A stretch of 64,000 nt of DNA from Balanoglossus misakiensis (lineage: Eukaryota; Animalia; Hemichordata): contig CM082576.2 of the NCBI GenBank assembly GCA_040954595.2, forward strand, positions 668,648-732,647, in the 5' to 3' direction. This document shows positions 39,401-52,600 of this stretch, piece after piece (position 1 is the stretch's first letter; every line of letters starts with the position of its first letter). Both the position numbers and the translations under genes were made by a program. A model generated the notes under the pieces. The model made no database searches. It had not been told where the DNA came from and saw only the letters and a program-made list of their open reading frames with translations.

Positions 39401-42400
39401 TTGCGAATTTTCCAAATTTCTTCATTTTTTCGAAAAAACCATGGGTTATAGCTCATGAAAATCATCCCAAAATGACAATTTTTCGACTTTGCGAATTTTC
39501 AAAATTTCTTCATTTTTTCAAAAAACCATGGGTTATAGCTCATGAAAATCATCCCAAAATGACAATTTTGCGACTTTGCGAATTTTCAAAATTTCTTCAT
39601 TTTTTCGAAAAAACCATGGGTTATAGCTCACGAAAATCATCCTAAAATGACAATTTTGCGACTTTGCGAATTTTCAAAATTTCTTCATTTTTTCAAAAAA
39701 CCATGGGTTATAGCTCATGAAAATCATCCCAAAATGACAATTTTGTGACTTTGCGAATTTTCAAAATTTCTTCATTTTTTCGAAAAACCATGGGTTATAG
39801 CTCATGAAAATCATCCAAAAATTACAATTTTGCGACTTTGCGAATTTTCAAAATTTCTTCATTTTTTCAAAAAACCATGGGTTATAGCTCATGAAAATCA
39901 TCCCAAAATGACAATTTTGCGACTTTGCGAATTTTCAAAATTTCTTCATTTTTTCGAAAAACCATGGGTTATAGCTCATGAAAATCATCCAAAAATTACA
40001 ATTTTTCGACTTTGCGAATTTTCAAAATTTCTTCATTTTTTCGAAAAAACCATGGGTTATAGCTCATGAAAATCATCCCAACATGATAATTTTTCGACTT
40101 TGCGAATTATCAAAATTTCTTCATTTTTTTCGAAAAAACCATGGGTTATAGCTCATGAAAATCATCCCAAAATGACAATTTTTCGACTTTGCGAATTTTC
40201 AAAATTTCTTCATTTTTTCAAAAAACCATGGGTTATAGCTCATGAAAATCATCCCAAAATGACAATTTTGTGACTTTGCGAATTTTCAAAATTTCTTCAT
40301 TTTTTCGAAAAACCATGGGTTATAGCTCATGAAAATCATCCAAAAATTACAATTTTGCGACTTTGCGAATTTTCAAAATTTCTTCATTTTTTCAAAAAAC
40401 CATGGGTTATAGCTCATGAAAATCATCCCAAAATGACAATTTTGCGACTTTGCGAATTTTCAAAATTTCTTCATTTTTTCGAAAAACCATGGGTTATAGC
40501 TCATGAAAATCATCCAAAAATTACAATTTTTCGACTTTGCGAATTTTCAAAATTTCTTCATTTTTTCGAAAAAACCATGGGTTATAGCTCATGAAAATCA
40601 TCCCAACATGATAATTTTTCGACTTTGCGAATTTTCAAAATTTCTTCATTTTTTTCGAAAAAACCATGGGTTATAGCTCATGAAAATCATCCCAAAATGA
40701 CAATTTTTCGACTTTGCGAATTTTCAAAATTTCTTCATTTTTTCAAAAAACCATGGGTTATAGCTCATGAAAATCATCCCAAAATGACAATTTTGCGACT
40801 TTGCGAATTTTCAAAATTTCTTCATTTTTTCGAAAAAACCATGGGTTATAGCTCATGAAAATCATCCCAAAATGACAATTTTTCGACTTTGCGAATTTTC
40901 AAAATTTCTTCATTTTTTCGAAAAAGCCATGGGTTATAGCTCATGAAAATCATCCCAAAATGACAGTTTTTCGACTTTGCGAATTTTCAAAATTTCTTCA
41001 TTTTTTCAAAAAACCATGGGTTATAGCTCATGAAAATCATCCCAAAATGACAATTTTGCGACTTTGCGAATTTTCAAAATTTCTTCATTTTTTCGAAAAA
41101 ACCATGGGTTATAGCTCATGAAAATCATCCCAAAATGACAATTTTTCGACTTTGCGAATTTTCAAAATTTCTTCATTTTTTCAAAAAACCATGAGTTATA
41201 GCTCATGAAAATCATCCCAAAATGATAATTTTGCGACTTTGCGAATTTTCAAAATTTCTTCATTTTTTCAAAAAACCATGGGTTATAGCTCATGAAAATC
41301 ATCCTAAAATGACAATTTTGCGACTTTGCGAATTTTCAAAATTTCTTCATTTTTTCAAAAAACCATGGGTTATAGCTCATGAAAATCATCCTAAAATAAC
41401 AATTTTGCGACTTTGCGACTTTTCAAAATTTCTTCATTTTTTCAAAAAACCATGGGTTATAGCTCATGAAAATCATCCCAAAATGACAATTTTGCGACTT
41501 TGCGAATTTTCAAAATTTCTTCATTTTTTCGAAAAACCATGGGTTATAGCTCATGAAAATCATCCAAAAATTACAATTTTTCGACTTTGCGAATTTTCAA
41601 AATTTCTTCATTTTTTCGAAAAAACCATGGGTTATAGCTCATGAAAATCATCCAAAAATGACAATTTTTCGACTTTGCGAATTTTCAAAATTTCTTCATT
41701 TTTTCGAAAAAACCATGGGTTATAGCTCATGAAAATCATCCAAAAATGACAATTTTTCGACTTTGCGAATTTTCAAAATTTCTTCATTTTTTCGAAAAAA
41801 ACCATGGGTTATAGCTCATGAAAATCATCCAAAAATGATAATTTTTCGACTTTGAGAATTTTCAAAATTTCTTCATTTTTTCAAAAAACCATGAGTTATA
41901 GCTCATGAAAATCATCCCAAAATGATAATTTTGCGACTTTGCGAATTTTCAAAATTTCTTCATTTTTTCAAAAAACCATGGGTTATAGCTCATGAAAATC
42001 ATCCTAAAATGACAATTTTGCGACTTTGCGAATTTTCAAAATTTCTTCATTTTTTCAAAAAACCATGGGTTATTGCTCATGAAAATCATCCCAAAATAAC
42101 AATTTTGCGACTTTGCGACTTTTCAAAATTTCTTCATTTTTTCAAAAAACCATGGGTTATAGCTCATGAAAATCATCCCAAAATGACAATTTTGCGACTT
42201 TGCGAATTTTCAAAATTTCTTCATTTTTTCGAAAAACCATGGGTTATAGCTCATGAAAATCATCCAAAAATTACAATTTTTCGACTTTGCGAATTTTCAA
42301 AATTTCTTCATTTTTTCGAAAAAACCATGGGTTATAGCTCATGAAAATCATCCCAACATGATAATTTTTCGACTTTGCGAATTTTCAAAATTTCTTCATT

Positions 42401-45400
42401 TTTTTCGAAAAAACCATGGGTTATAGCTCATGAAAATCATCCCAAAATGACAATTTTTCGACTTTGCGAATTTTCAAAATTTCTTCATTTTTTCAAAAAA
42501 CCATGGGTTATAGCTCATGAAAATCATCCCAAAATGACAATTTTGCGACTTTGCGAATTTTCAAAATTTCTTCATTTTTTCGAAAAAACCATGGGTTATA
42601 GCTCATGAAAATCATCCCAAAATGACAATTTTTCGACTTTGCGAATTTTCAAAATTTCTTCATTTTTTCGAAAAAGCCATGGGTTATAGCTCATGAAAAT
42701 CATCCCAAAATGACAATTTTTCGACTTTGCGAATTTTCAAAATTTCTTCATTTTTTCAAAAAACCATGGGTTATAGCTCATGAAAATCATCCCAAAATGA
42801 CAATTTTGCGACTTTGCGAATTTTCAAAATTTCTTCATTTTTTCGAAAAAACCATGGGTTATAGCTCATGAAAATCATCCCAAAATGACAATTTTTCGAC
42901 TTTGCGAATTTTCAAAATTTCTTCATTTTTTCAAAAAACCATGAGTTATAGCTCATGAAAATCATCCCAAAATGATAATTTTGCGACTTTGCGAATTTTC
43001 AAAATTTCTTCATTTTTTCAAAAAACCATGGGTTATAGCTCATGAAAATCATCCTAAAATGACAATTTTGCGACTTTGCGACTTTTCAAAATTTCTTCAT
43101 TTTTTCAAAAAACCATGGGTTATAGCTCATGAAAATCATCCCAAAATGACAATTTTGCGACTTTGCGAATTTTCAAAATTTCTTCATTTTTTCGAAAAAC
43201 CATGGGTTATAGCTCATGAAAATCATCCAAAAATTACAATTTTTCGACTTTGCGAATTTTCAAAATTTCTTCATTTTTTCGAAAAAACCATGGGTTATAG
43301 CTCATGAAAATCATCCAAAAATGACAATTTTTCGACTTTGCGAATTTTCAAAATTTCTTCATTTTTTCGAAAAAACCATGGGTTATAGCTCATGAAAATC
43401 ATCCAAAAATGACAATTTTTCGACTTTGCGAATTTTCAAAATTTCTTCATTTTTTCGAAAAAAACCATGGGTTATAGCTCATGAAAATCATCCAAAAATG
43501 ACAATTTTTCGACTTTGCGAAATTTCTTCGATTTTTGATAAAAACCATGGGTTATAGCTCATGAAAATCACCCGCAAATGACGATTTTTCGACTTTGCGA
43601 AATTTCAAAATTTCTTCGATTTTTGATAAAAACCATGGGTTATAGCTCATGAAAATCATCCCAAAATGACAATTTTGCGACTTTGCGAATTTTCAAAATT
43701 TCTTCATTTTTTCAAAAAACCATGGGTTATAGCTTAAGAAAATCATCCAAAAATGACAATTTTTCGATTTTGCGAATTTTCAAAATTTCTTCATTTTTTC
43801 AAAAAACCATGGGTTATAGCTCATGAAAATCACCCGCAAATGACAATTTTTCGACTTTGCGAATTTTCAAAATTTCTTCATTTTTTCGAAAAAACCATGG
43901 GTTATAGCTCATGAAAATCATCCCAAAATGACAATTTTGCGACTTTGCGAATTTTCAAAATTTCTTCATTTTTTCAAAAAACCATGGGTTATAGCTCATG
44001 AAAATCATCCTAAAATGACAATTTTTCGACTTTGCGAAATTTCTTCGATTTTTGATAAAAACCATGGGTTATAGCTCATGAAAATCACCCGCAAATGACG
44101 ATTTTTCGACTTTGCGAAATTTCAAAATTTCTTCGATTTTTGATAAAAAACCATGGGTTATAGCTCATGAAAATCATCCCAACATGATAATTTTTCGACT
44201 TTGCGAATTTTCAAAATTTCTTCATTTTTTCGAAAAAACCATGGGTTATAGCTCATGAAAATCATCCCAAAATGACAATTTTGCGACTTTGCGAATTTTC
44301 AAAATTTCTTCATTTTTTCAAAAAACCATGGGTTATAGCTCATGAAAATCATCCCAAAATGACAATTTTGCGACTTTGCGAATTTTCAAAATTTCTTAAT
44401 TTTTTCAAAAAACCATGGGTTATAGCTCAAGAAAATCATCCCAAAATGACTATTTTGCGACTTTGCGAATTTTCAAAATTTCTTCATTTTTTCGAAAAAC
44501 CATGGGTTATAGCTCATGAAAATCATCCCAAAATGACAATTTTTCGACTTTGCGAATTTTCAAAGTTTCTTCATTTTTTCGAAAAACCATGGGTTATAGC
44601 TCATGAAAATCATCCCAAAATGACAATTTTTCGACTTTGCGAATTTTTAAAATTTCTTCATTTTTTCGAAAAAACCATGGGTTATAGCTCATTAAAATCA
44701 TCCCAAAATGACAATTTTGCGACTTTGCGAATTTTCAAAATTTCTTCATTTTTTCGAAAAAACCATGGGTTATAGCTCATGAAAATCATCCCAAAATGAC
44801 AATTTTTCGACTTTGCGAATTTTCAAAATTTCTTCATTTTTTCGAAAAAACCATGGGTTATAGCTCATGAAAATCATCATAAAATGACAATTTTGCGACT
44901 TTGCGAATTTTCAAAATTTCTTCATTTTTTCAAAAAACCATGGGTTATAGCTCATGAAAATCATCCCAAAATGACAATTTTGCGACTTTGCGAATTTTCA
45001 AAATTTCTTCATTTTTTCAAAAAACCATGGGTTATAGCTCATGAAAATCATCCCAAAATGACAATTTTGCGACTTTGCGAATTTTCAAAATTTCTTCATT
45101 TTTTCGAAAAACCAAGGGTTATAGCTCATGAAAATCATCCCAAAATGACAATTTTTCGACTTTGCGAATTTTCAAAATTTCTTCATTTTTTCGAAAAAAC
45201 CATGGGTTATAGCTCATGAAAATCATCCCAAAATGACAATTTTTCGACTTTGCGAATTTTCAAAATTTCTTCATTTTTTCGAAAAAACCATGGGTTATAG
45301 CTCATGAAAATCATCCCAAAATGACAATTTTGCGACTTTGCGAATTTTCAAAATTTCTTCATTTTTTCGAAAAACCATGGGTTATAGCTCATGAAAATCA

Positions 45401-46739
45401 TCCCAAAATGACAATTTTTCGACTTTGCGAATTTTCAAAATTTCTTCATTTTTTCGAAAAAACCATGGGTTATAGCTCATGAAAATCATCCCAAAATGAC
45501 AATTTTTCGACTTTGCGAATTTTCAAAATTTCTTCATTTTTTCGAAAAAACCATGGGTTATAGCTCATGAAAATCATCCCAAAATGACAATTTTGCGACT
45601 TTGCGAATTTTCAAAATTTCTTCATTTTTTCGAAAAACCATGGGTTATAGCTCATGAAAATCATCCCAAAATGACAATTTTTCGATTTTGCGAATTTTCA
45701 AAATTTCTTCATTTTTTCAAAAAACCATGGGTTATAGCTCATGAAAATCATCCCAAAATGACAATTTTTCGACTTTGCGAATTTTCAAAATTTCTTCATT
45801 TTTTCGAAAAAAACCATGGGTTATAGCTCATGAAAATCATCCCAAAATGACAATTTTTCGACTTTGCGAATTTTCAAAATTTCTTATTTTTTTCGAAATA
45901 ACCATGGGTTATAGCTCATGAAAATCATCCCAAAATGACAATTTTGCGACTTTGCGAATTTTCAAAATTTCTTCATTTTTTCGAAAAAACCATGGGTTAA
46001 AGCTCATGAAAATCATCCCAAAATGACAATTTTTCAACTTTGCGAATTTTCAAAATTTCTTCATTTTTTCGAAAAAACCATGGGTTATAGCTCATGAAAA
46101 TCATCCCAAAATGACAATTTTGCGACTTTGCGAATTTTCAAAATTTCTTCATTTTTTCAAAATAACCATGGGTTATAGCTCATGAAAATCATCCCAAAAT
46201 GACAATTTTTCGACTTTGCGAATTTTCAAAATTTCATTTTTTCGAAAAAACCATGGGTTATAGCTCATGAAAATCATCCCAACATGATAATTTTTCGACT
46301 TTGCGAATTTTCAAAATTTCTTCATTTTTTCGAAAAAACCATGGGTTATAGCTCATGAAAATCATCCCAAAATGACAATTTTTCGACTTTGCGAATTTTC
46401 AAAATTTCATTTTTTTCGAAAAAACCATGGGTTATAGCTCATGAAAATCATCCCAACATGATAATTTTTCGACTTTGCGAATTTTCAAAATTTCTTCATT
46501 TTTTCGAAAAAACCATGGGTTATAGCTCATGAAAATCATCCCAAAATGACAATTTTGCGACTTTGCGAATTTTCAAAATTTCTTCATTTTTTCGAAAAAA
46601 CCATGGGTTATAGCTCATGAAAATCATCCCAAAATGACAATTTTTCGACTTTGCGAATTTTCAAAATTTCTTCATTTTTTCGAAAAAAACCATGGGTTAT
46701 AGCTCATGAAAATCATCCTAAAATGACAGTTTTTCGACT
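24456..46739 (+). repeat. Tandem satellite array, 87-88 bp monomer, ~255 copies, with higher-order repeats
   Basis: Consensus AAAAA(A)CCATGGGTTATAGCTCATGAAAATCATCCCAAAATGACAATTTT(G/T)CGACTTTGCGAATTTTCAAAATTTCTTCATTTTTTC(G/A), repeated head-to-tail with no unique spacers. Copy number is estimated from length divided by ~87.4. Confidence 0.99.
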
Positions 46740-46792
46740 ACTGCACTGAACAAGAACACTGGACCACTCAGTTTTATTTGAATGTCCAGAGT

Positions 46793-46850
46793 ACACACAA
46801 CACTAACAACACACACACTGGTTTGCCTTATTTTACAGAAATTATTTATT
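46793..46850 (-). terminator. Putative cleavage/polyadenylation signal of MRCK (implies a ~2.8 kb 3' UTR)
   Basis: Minus-strand AATAAA at 46845-46850 followed ~25 nt later by a GT-rich tract (GTGTGTGTGTTGTTAGTGTTGTGTGT), the canonical arrangement. Confidence 0.6.
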
Positions 46851-49626
46851 GATGTCTGTAAATGGGGAGAAAACAATAAAATTACAAGACTTGCATATGC
46901 AAATTACGATAACACTATAAAGATTGATTTGTATCAGTATTAAACTAGCTGATTATGGTAATGGGAGATTGGGAGGGACAGTACAAAGACGGGAGGGGGG
47001 GGGGGGGCTGGAGATCGAAGATGGAGGATGTCTGGATATAATACAGAGCAAGGAGTACAAAATAGCAGTAATACACTGAGCTGCATAGTTGACAGTTGTT
47101 TCCCAAGGTTAATGATTTTCTTTATTTGCAACTCTTTCCATAACTTACGCTGCCAAATATGATTTTTATGCAAATAATATTAATAAATGTTATATGGACA
47201 GGGAAATATCCCAATATCTGGCTAAAATTATGGGTAACAGAAAAACAAAAATTGATGTAAAGGTGTAAAAAGCCCCTGGGTAACTTGTCAAAGCTGAAAC
47301 TTGGTTATTGATTGAATGTAAAAAATCATGTTTATCCTCATTCAATTTTCTGTGTCAATGAATTCCAGTCATGGACTTGTATTAGGATTTTACTTTGTCT
47401 AGGAATCAATTACATTCTGGGATTTGCGTTTCAGATTTTTTGCAAGCACATCAATACCTTCATGCACATCAAACTAGAGAATGCATCCAAGATTTCCAGC
47501 CAAAATTTATACTACACATTACATGATACAAAAATACAACAGGAAACAGTAAAATATTACAATACGAAAAAGCCATTCCCTCTCTCTTGTGGAAATCAAG
47601 ACAAAAATTACAACCCATTGTTTTACTATATCTAAATACAACAAAAAATTCCCATCCCTACGTACTTTACACAGTTTAGCACCAGTGTTGAGTTTACATG
47701 TAGAGTTCTGGATTTTGACAAAAAATATGCCCTTTCTGACCAGGGATAAATGCCATGGCTGCAGACAGGGTGACACTGTGGTTCTGATTATTAAATAGAA
47801 TTTTTGACAGATTGAGGTGAGAAATTTCAAAGGATTGTGTGGCAATCCCTTCTAAATAAACTGGCAATTTCATCCACCTTTGTAGAGAAAAATGTACATG
47901 ATTGCTGTATTGATTTTCCACTACCTAAATATTTATTTCATAACATGGGTATTACATTTATGAAACAACAAGTGAGAAATAAAATGGCAGATTAAGGTTT
48001 ATACACAGTAAGAAAAGTAAGACAAGACAAAAAATGGCAACTCGTGGAAGACAACAAAAATGCTGTGAGTGGGATTTGGGTCAACTGGTACCTACCACCC
48101 CTGTAGCTATCTATAAACTGACTTCAACACAAAAGGCAGGGTGATCCCACACAACAGAAAGGGGGCCAGAACTGGAGGTGGTATTACCCACAGAAGTCAC
48201 GTGGGGAGTGCTTTTTTTCTTTTCGAAAACAACTGAAAATATTCCACACCAATTTGGCTGGAAATACATGACATGATATTATTTTGAACAAAGCAAGCAC
48301 ACTCTCCCCATTGTCCTAACTACGGATTGTTTTTGTCTTTTTTTGTTTTTGTTTTTTCATTTTTGTTTCGTTTTAGCTTGCAAGGAGACAGGACAAAGTT
48401 TTTGTACATATGGCTGAAGTATGCACATGTCAAAACCTACAGAAATTAGAAATAGAACTGCTCAATTCACTGTGTGTTTTAAATGAAAATAAAATAGAAA
48501 AAAAAAAGACTAAACACCTGAGCACTTTTTACATGACAACTGAAGTTGTAAACAAACACTGCTGACCAAGTTAGTTTTTGTTGTTTTGATAATCAACTGA
48601 AAATTAAAGAAAAAGGTTTTTCCCCCTTAAAACCTTTTCAATTACCAGTAGAGAACACAAATTTTGACAAAGACATCAAAAGGCTTAAACTGTCCACAGT
48701 GAGTAGCTACACAGATATGCAAATTTTTTATACTGCTTACATGTTTATTAATGATATCATAACATTTTTTTATTAAGCTCTGATTGCGTATTTATATCAT
48801 AAAAATAACTCATCTCTGTTCTCTTTATATTCATGCTAAAAAGACTAAATAAGTGCTAATATGATGTTTTGTTGTCGGCTAGTTTTATGTTTATGTTTCA
48901 CCAGTAAATATCATGGCTGGTCCATGGAAACTATCAGGGTTGCTAAATATTTCCTACTTTGGTACAACTGGGTATAGTTTCCACTAAAAACAAGGTGTTG
49001 CATTCATTGCAAGTGAGTGGTTCCATTGGGTGGTTAAAGAGGGGTGTTCACAATGAATTTTATTTAAAGCGATCTATTCAATTTAAAACTGGGTAACTTC
49101 TTTTTCTTAGTATGCAGAAAGAGAGAGTCACCAATCCATATACAACTAGGAAGGCTCAGTGTTATATAGAGTACTGGGTCATTAGTGAAATGTTTTGGTA
49201 AAAAGAGCACTAAGCTATCACTATATCTAATTTACAAGTTCCAGTTCAATCCAGTTGCTGCAACAGGCGTGTCCGTTTTGCTTTTCTTCTCATGTATATA
49301 TGGTTCACTTCTTCTCCATGTGTGACAGAGTGTTTCTGGAGTGCACAGACTTGACTAAGTTTTTTGACAAGTGTTTTATTTTCTTAGCTCTAGCGGCAAT
49401 CAGTGTTGTGCAGAATCTATTTGGTCATTACTCATACCTTGAATGAGAATGACAAAACCAGCATTTGGTGAACACAGAAACTTGGATGGTGGTCAGAAGC
49501 TTTCCTCAGGTCCAATGGCAGACATGCTTCATTCTCTCTGCACTTCTCTGGTATTCTTCACACACAAAATAGGTGGCAGTTTGTTTTCTATTTACACAAA
49601 GATGTTTGATGTTGATGGGGTGGTGT

Positions 49627-52600
49627 TCAACTGTCCATTCCAAATGATCCAGCAGATCCCTGATCTGGCTCCACATAACTTGTCCTGTGTGGAGTGGGTG
49701 GACTGCTCATGGAGCTGTTGTTGGAAGCTGAAAAACACAAAAAGGTACCCATCAGATACATGTGAAACAACCTAATTCACAATTTACAACAAACTATGAC
49801 ATCAGCCACTGCTGAGGGTGGTGAGTCAAGACAGACCATGGCAGAATATGACACACTGGACAAATGCTGACATTTTGCAGCCTTAACCCTGTCATCCCTA
49901 TTTTGCTACATATGGATCCAACCAAACCATAAGAAATGATCAGGCTGTACCATAGTTCCAAAGGTAAGAGGGTAAAAACTGCAATTCCTGCAGAACAGAA
50001 AGCACAGACACACATACCTATTGAATGCCTTGGTGACTGTGATGAGTTATCTAAGGCGCTGTCTTTGTCATCCTCAGCTAGGGAGAAATTTTTCTGGTAG
50101 CTGTCCTGGGATGAAGTTGTTGAACCGTCTGATGGGGGACCCCCAGCCCTTCGGGGAGATCCGCCCGGAGAATCCCTTGGATTTCCATTTATGCTTCCTG
50201 TGAGAGATGATGAAGCACTAACAGAACTAATTGGACGTCTCTGTTGGGCGGATCCACCCCTGTTTGCGGTCACTGGAGGCTGGAACATACTCTTCACACG
50301 CTCTATGTCACGTCTCTGGGACTCATCAGTAGGGCGTACAGCCTGCAAAACAAAAAACAAAATAAGTAAGAACTTGTTATCAATGAGGGCGCTGTTTAAG
50401 TCTTCATGTTCTTCGGCTCGTCACTGAAAGTAAATACCATGGGGATCAAAACCAGAAGGATAACCAGAATTGGCAAACACTAAACCCTTTTTGCATCCTC
50501 CATTTTTTAAAATGGATTCATCATTAAAACAAACACACAGCTTTGGTAGCAAAACAGTACTATCAGTTATTTATTTTCAGGACAGTAAAATAAGTATGTC
50601 AAAAACTTTTATCAAAGACTTGGTTGTATATAATTTAGAATCACTCTAGAAATAGTTTAGAAAAAAATCCCTTTTTTACATAAATACCAGAGACACAAAC
50701 CATTCAGAGTTTATTGCAGGCAGAACTTCAAACATTTTCAGAGAATTATTTCAAGCATTATTACATAAAAAGTTGTATTATTGGCATTGAATAGAAAAAG
50801 GTAAGCGATTGAGTGAAAGAAGCTGTCAACAACAGGAAAGATTTATAAAGCTGGAAATGTTGCATAATTGACCAGGATATATCTTACATGCAGAGATGAA
50901 TGAGGAAAAGTCATGAGGGAAGACGAGAGAGAGAGAGAAAGAATTGATGCACATGTGAGCCACGAAGAAAGAGAAATCGTGGTGTTACATACCCCTTCCT
51001 CTTGTATATCACCCAGCATATCAGAGGCAGTCATGGACTATAGGAGAAGAGGTGTGGTTGGATTTGGTTTAGATCCACAAAGAGATACCCAAGAAGTTGG
51101 GTGGGATTTTTGAGAGCGAGAGAGAGAGAGAGTGAGAGACAAGGGAGGGAATGAAATATCCAGGTGAGATGCTCTATAAGTTGCAAATATTTGATGCACT
51201 GGGTGATACAAGCTTACGTGAAAATGATAAGCGTGCTGTTTACATTTTAAGTCAATTCTGATACAATTATAAATCTTTATAATCTTGAATTAGGCACACA
51301 GTTTCTACAGACACCCACATGCTAGCTACAAGTTTTTGTCTAGTTAACACAGACAGCATGGATGATTACTACTTGGTCAACTGCGAACAGTCTGTTATGT
51401 GGTTTTCCCTTCACACTAAGAATGCACCACTAACAGGTCAACATAACTCACAGAAAACAGAATTCTACTAAGTGCATTACAAACAAAATAGAAGACACCA
51501 TGATAAAAGCAAAACAAAATCGGTGATCGTTGACATACAAGGTGAAAAAGATCAAGACTGCTTACAGTGAGTGAAAAATGTGCACATGATGAAATGAACC
51601 ATGCGAAAACAAACTGAAGACGACATGCAAAGTTTTGGACAACCACTGTACATTCTGGACTTACCACTGGTAGGTCTTTCAGAATCTGTAAACCATCACC
51701 AGGTCCCATGTGTGAGATGTGGTTGAAATTTGTTGGACCAGAAATCAGCGATTTCCTATCAATAACCCTGTGCAGAAAAATGTTTAAAAGTAAAAAAACG
51801 TACAAACATGAGAAATGAAACAAAAAAGGGTGATACACACAATGTGTAAAACAAAAACTGCAGAGGTAGATTTCCAGCATGAGTTATGTGCTAAATGTAT
51901 TTGGAACCTGTCAACCCTGTTACTTGACATGATTTGGTAGAACACAGATATTACCCCAATGTGGGTTAGTTAATTACATAGCAGGGGGGAGGGGTGTGTG
52001 GTTAGATGAGTAGATGGAAAAGGTTACTGCACAAGACAAGACAATAAACACATATTATTAATGACTGATTTTTTTACAGAATCCACTTTCTTACTTTCTA
52101 CTCATTCTTTCATCTTCTCTGGTCTTGAAGGAGAACCTTCTCTTACTCTGTTGTCGTTGACTATTTCTCTTGCTTAGTGGTAGATCTGGGATACGTAGAT
52201 CCATTGAAGCACCATCTGTAGACAAAACAGTGCAACAGATTAAACCAAGTCTCTCTGCAAGACAGTCTCTCAGATGAGAGAAACCACTATCTTCACTGGT
52301 GGTATCTCCCCCCCCCCTTTTCAGCTTTCAGTGGAATTCTCATGCCAAAATTGCCACTCAACATTGGCATACTCCCTCTGCCCCCTTCCAGCTGTAGCAG
52401 TTGCAGCCCCCTTCCTTTCCCAACTATCCTCTCTCCCCTCCCCTCCAACTGAAGTGCCTTCCCCTCAACCAGCTAAAGCACACAGCCTAATTCCCTGCAT
52501 GCACAGAATCATTTAAAAGCTCACATTTGACGCCACCCTGCCAAAGGACACAGCAGAATGAGGAAAATTGTTAAAACAGAAAAAATCTCTGAAACTACAG

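Noticed and set aside
25930-45826. Many ORFs of repeated MTIFRLCEFSKFLHFFEKPWVIAHENHPK (up to 262 aa)
   Set aside because: 87 bp is a multiple of 3 and one frame happens to lack stops. The frames break whenever an A/T run changes length, which shows no coding constraint.
24456-46739. CRISPR-like array
   Set aside because: No unique spacers, no cas genes, and a eukaryotic spliced-gene context.
46940-49600. Short ORFs between the satellite and the MRCK stop
   Set aside because: The region is AT-rich, consistent with a long MRCK 3' UTR, and shows no splice-consistent coding signal.
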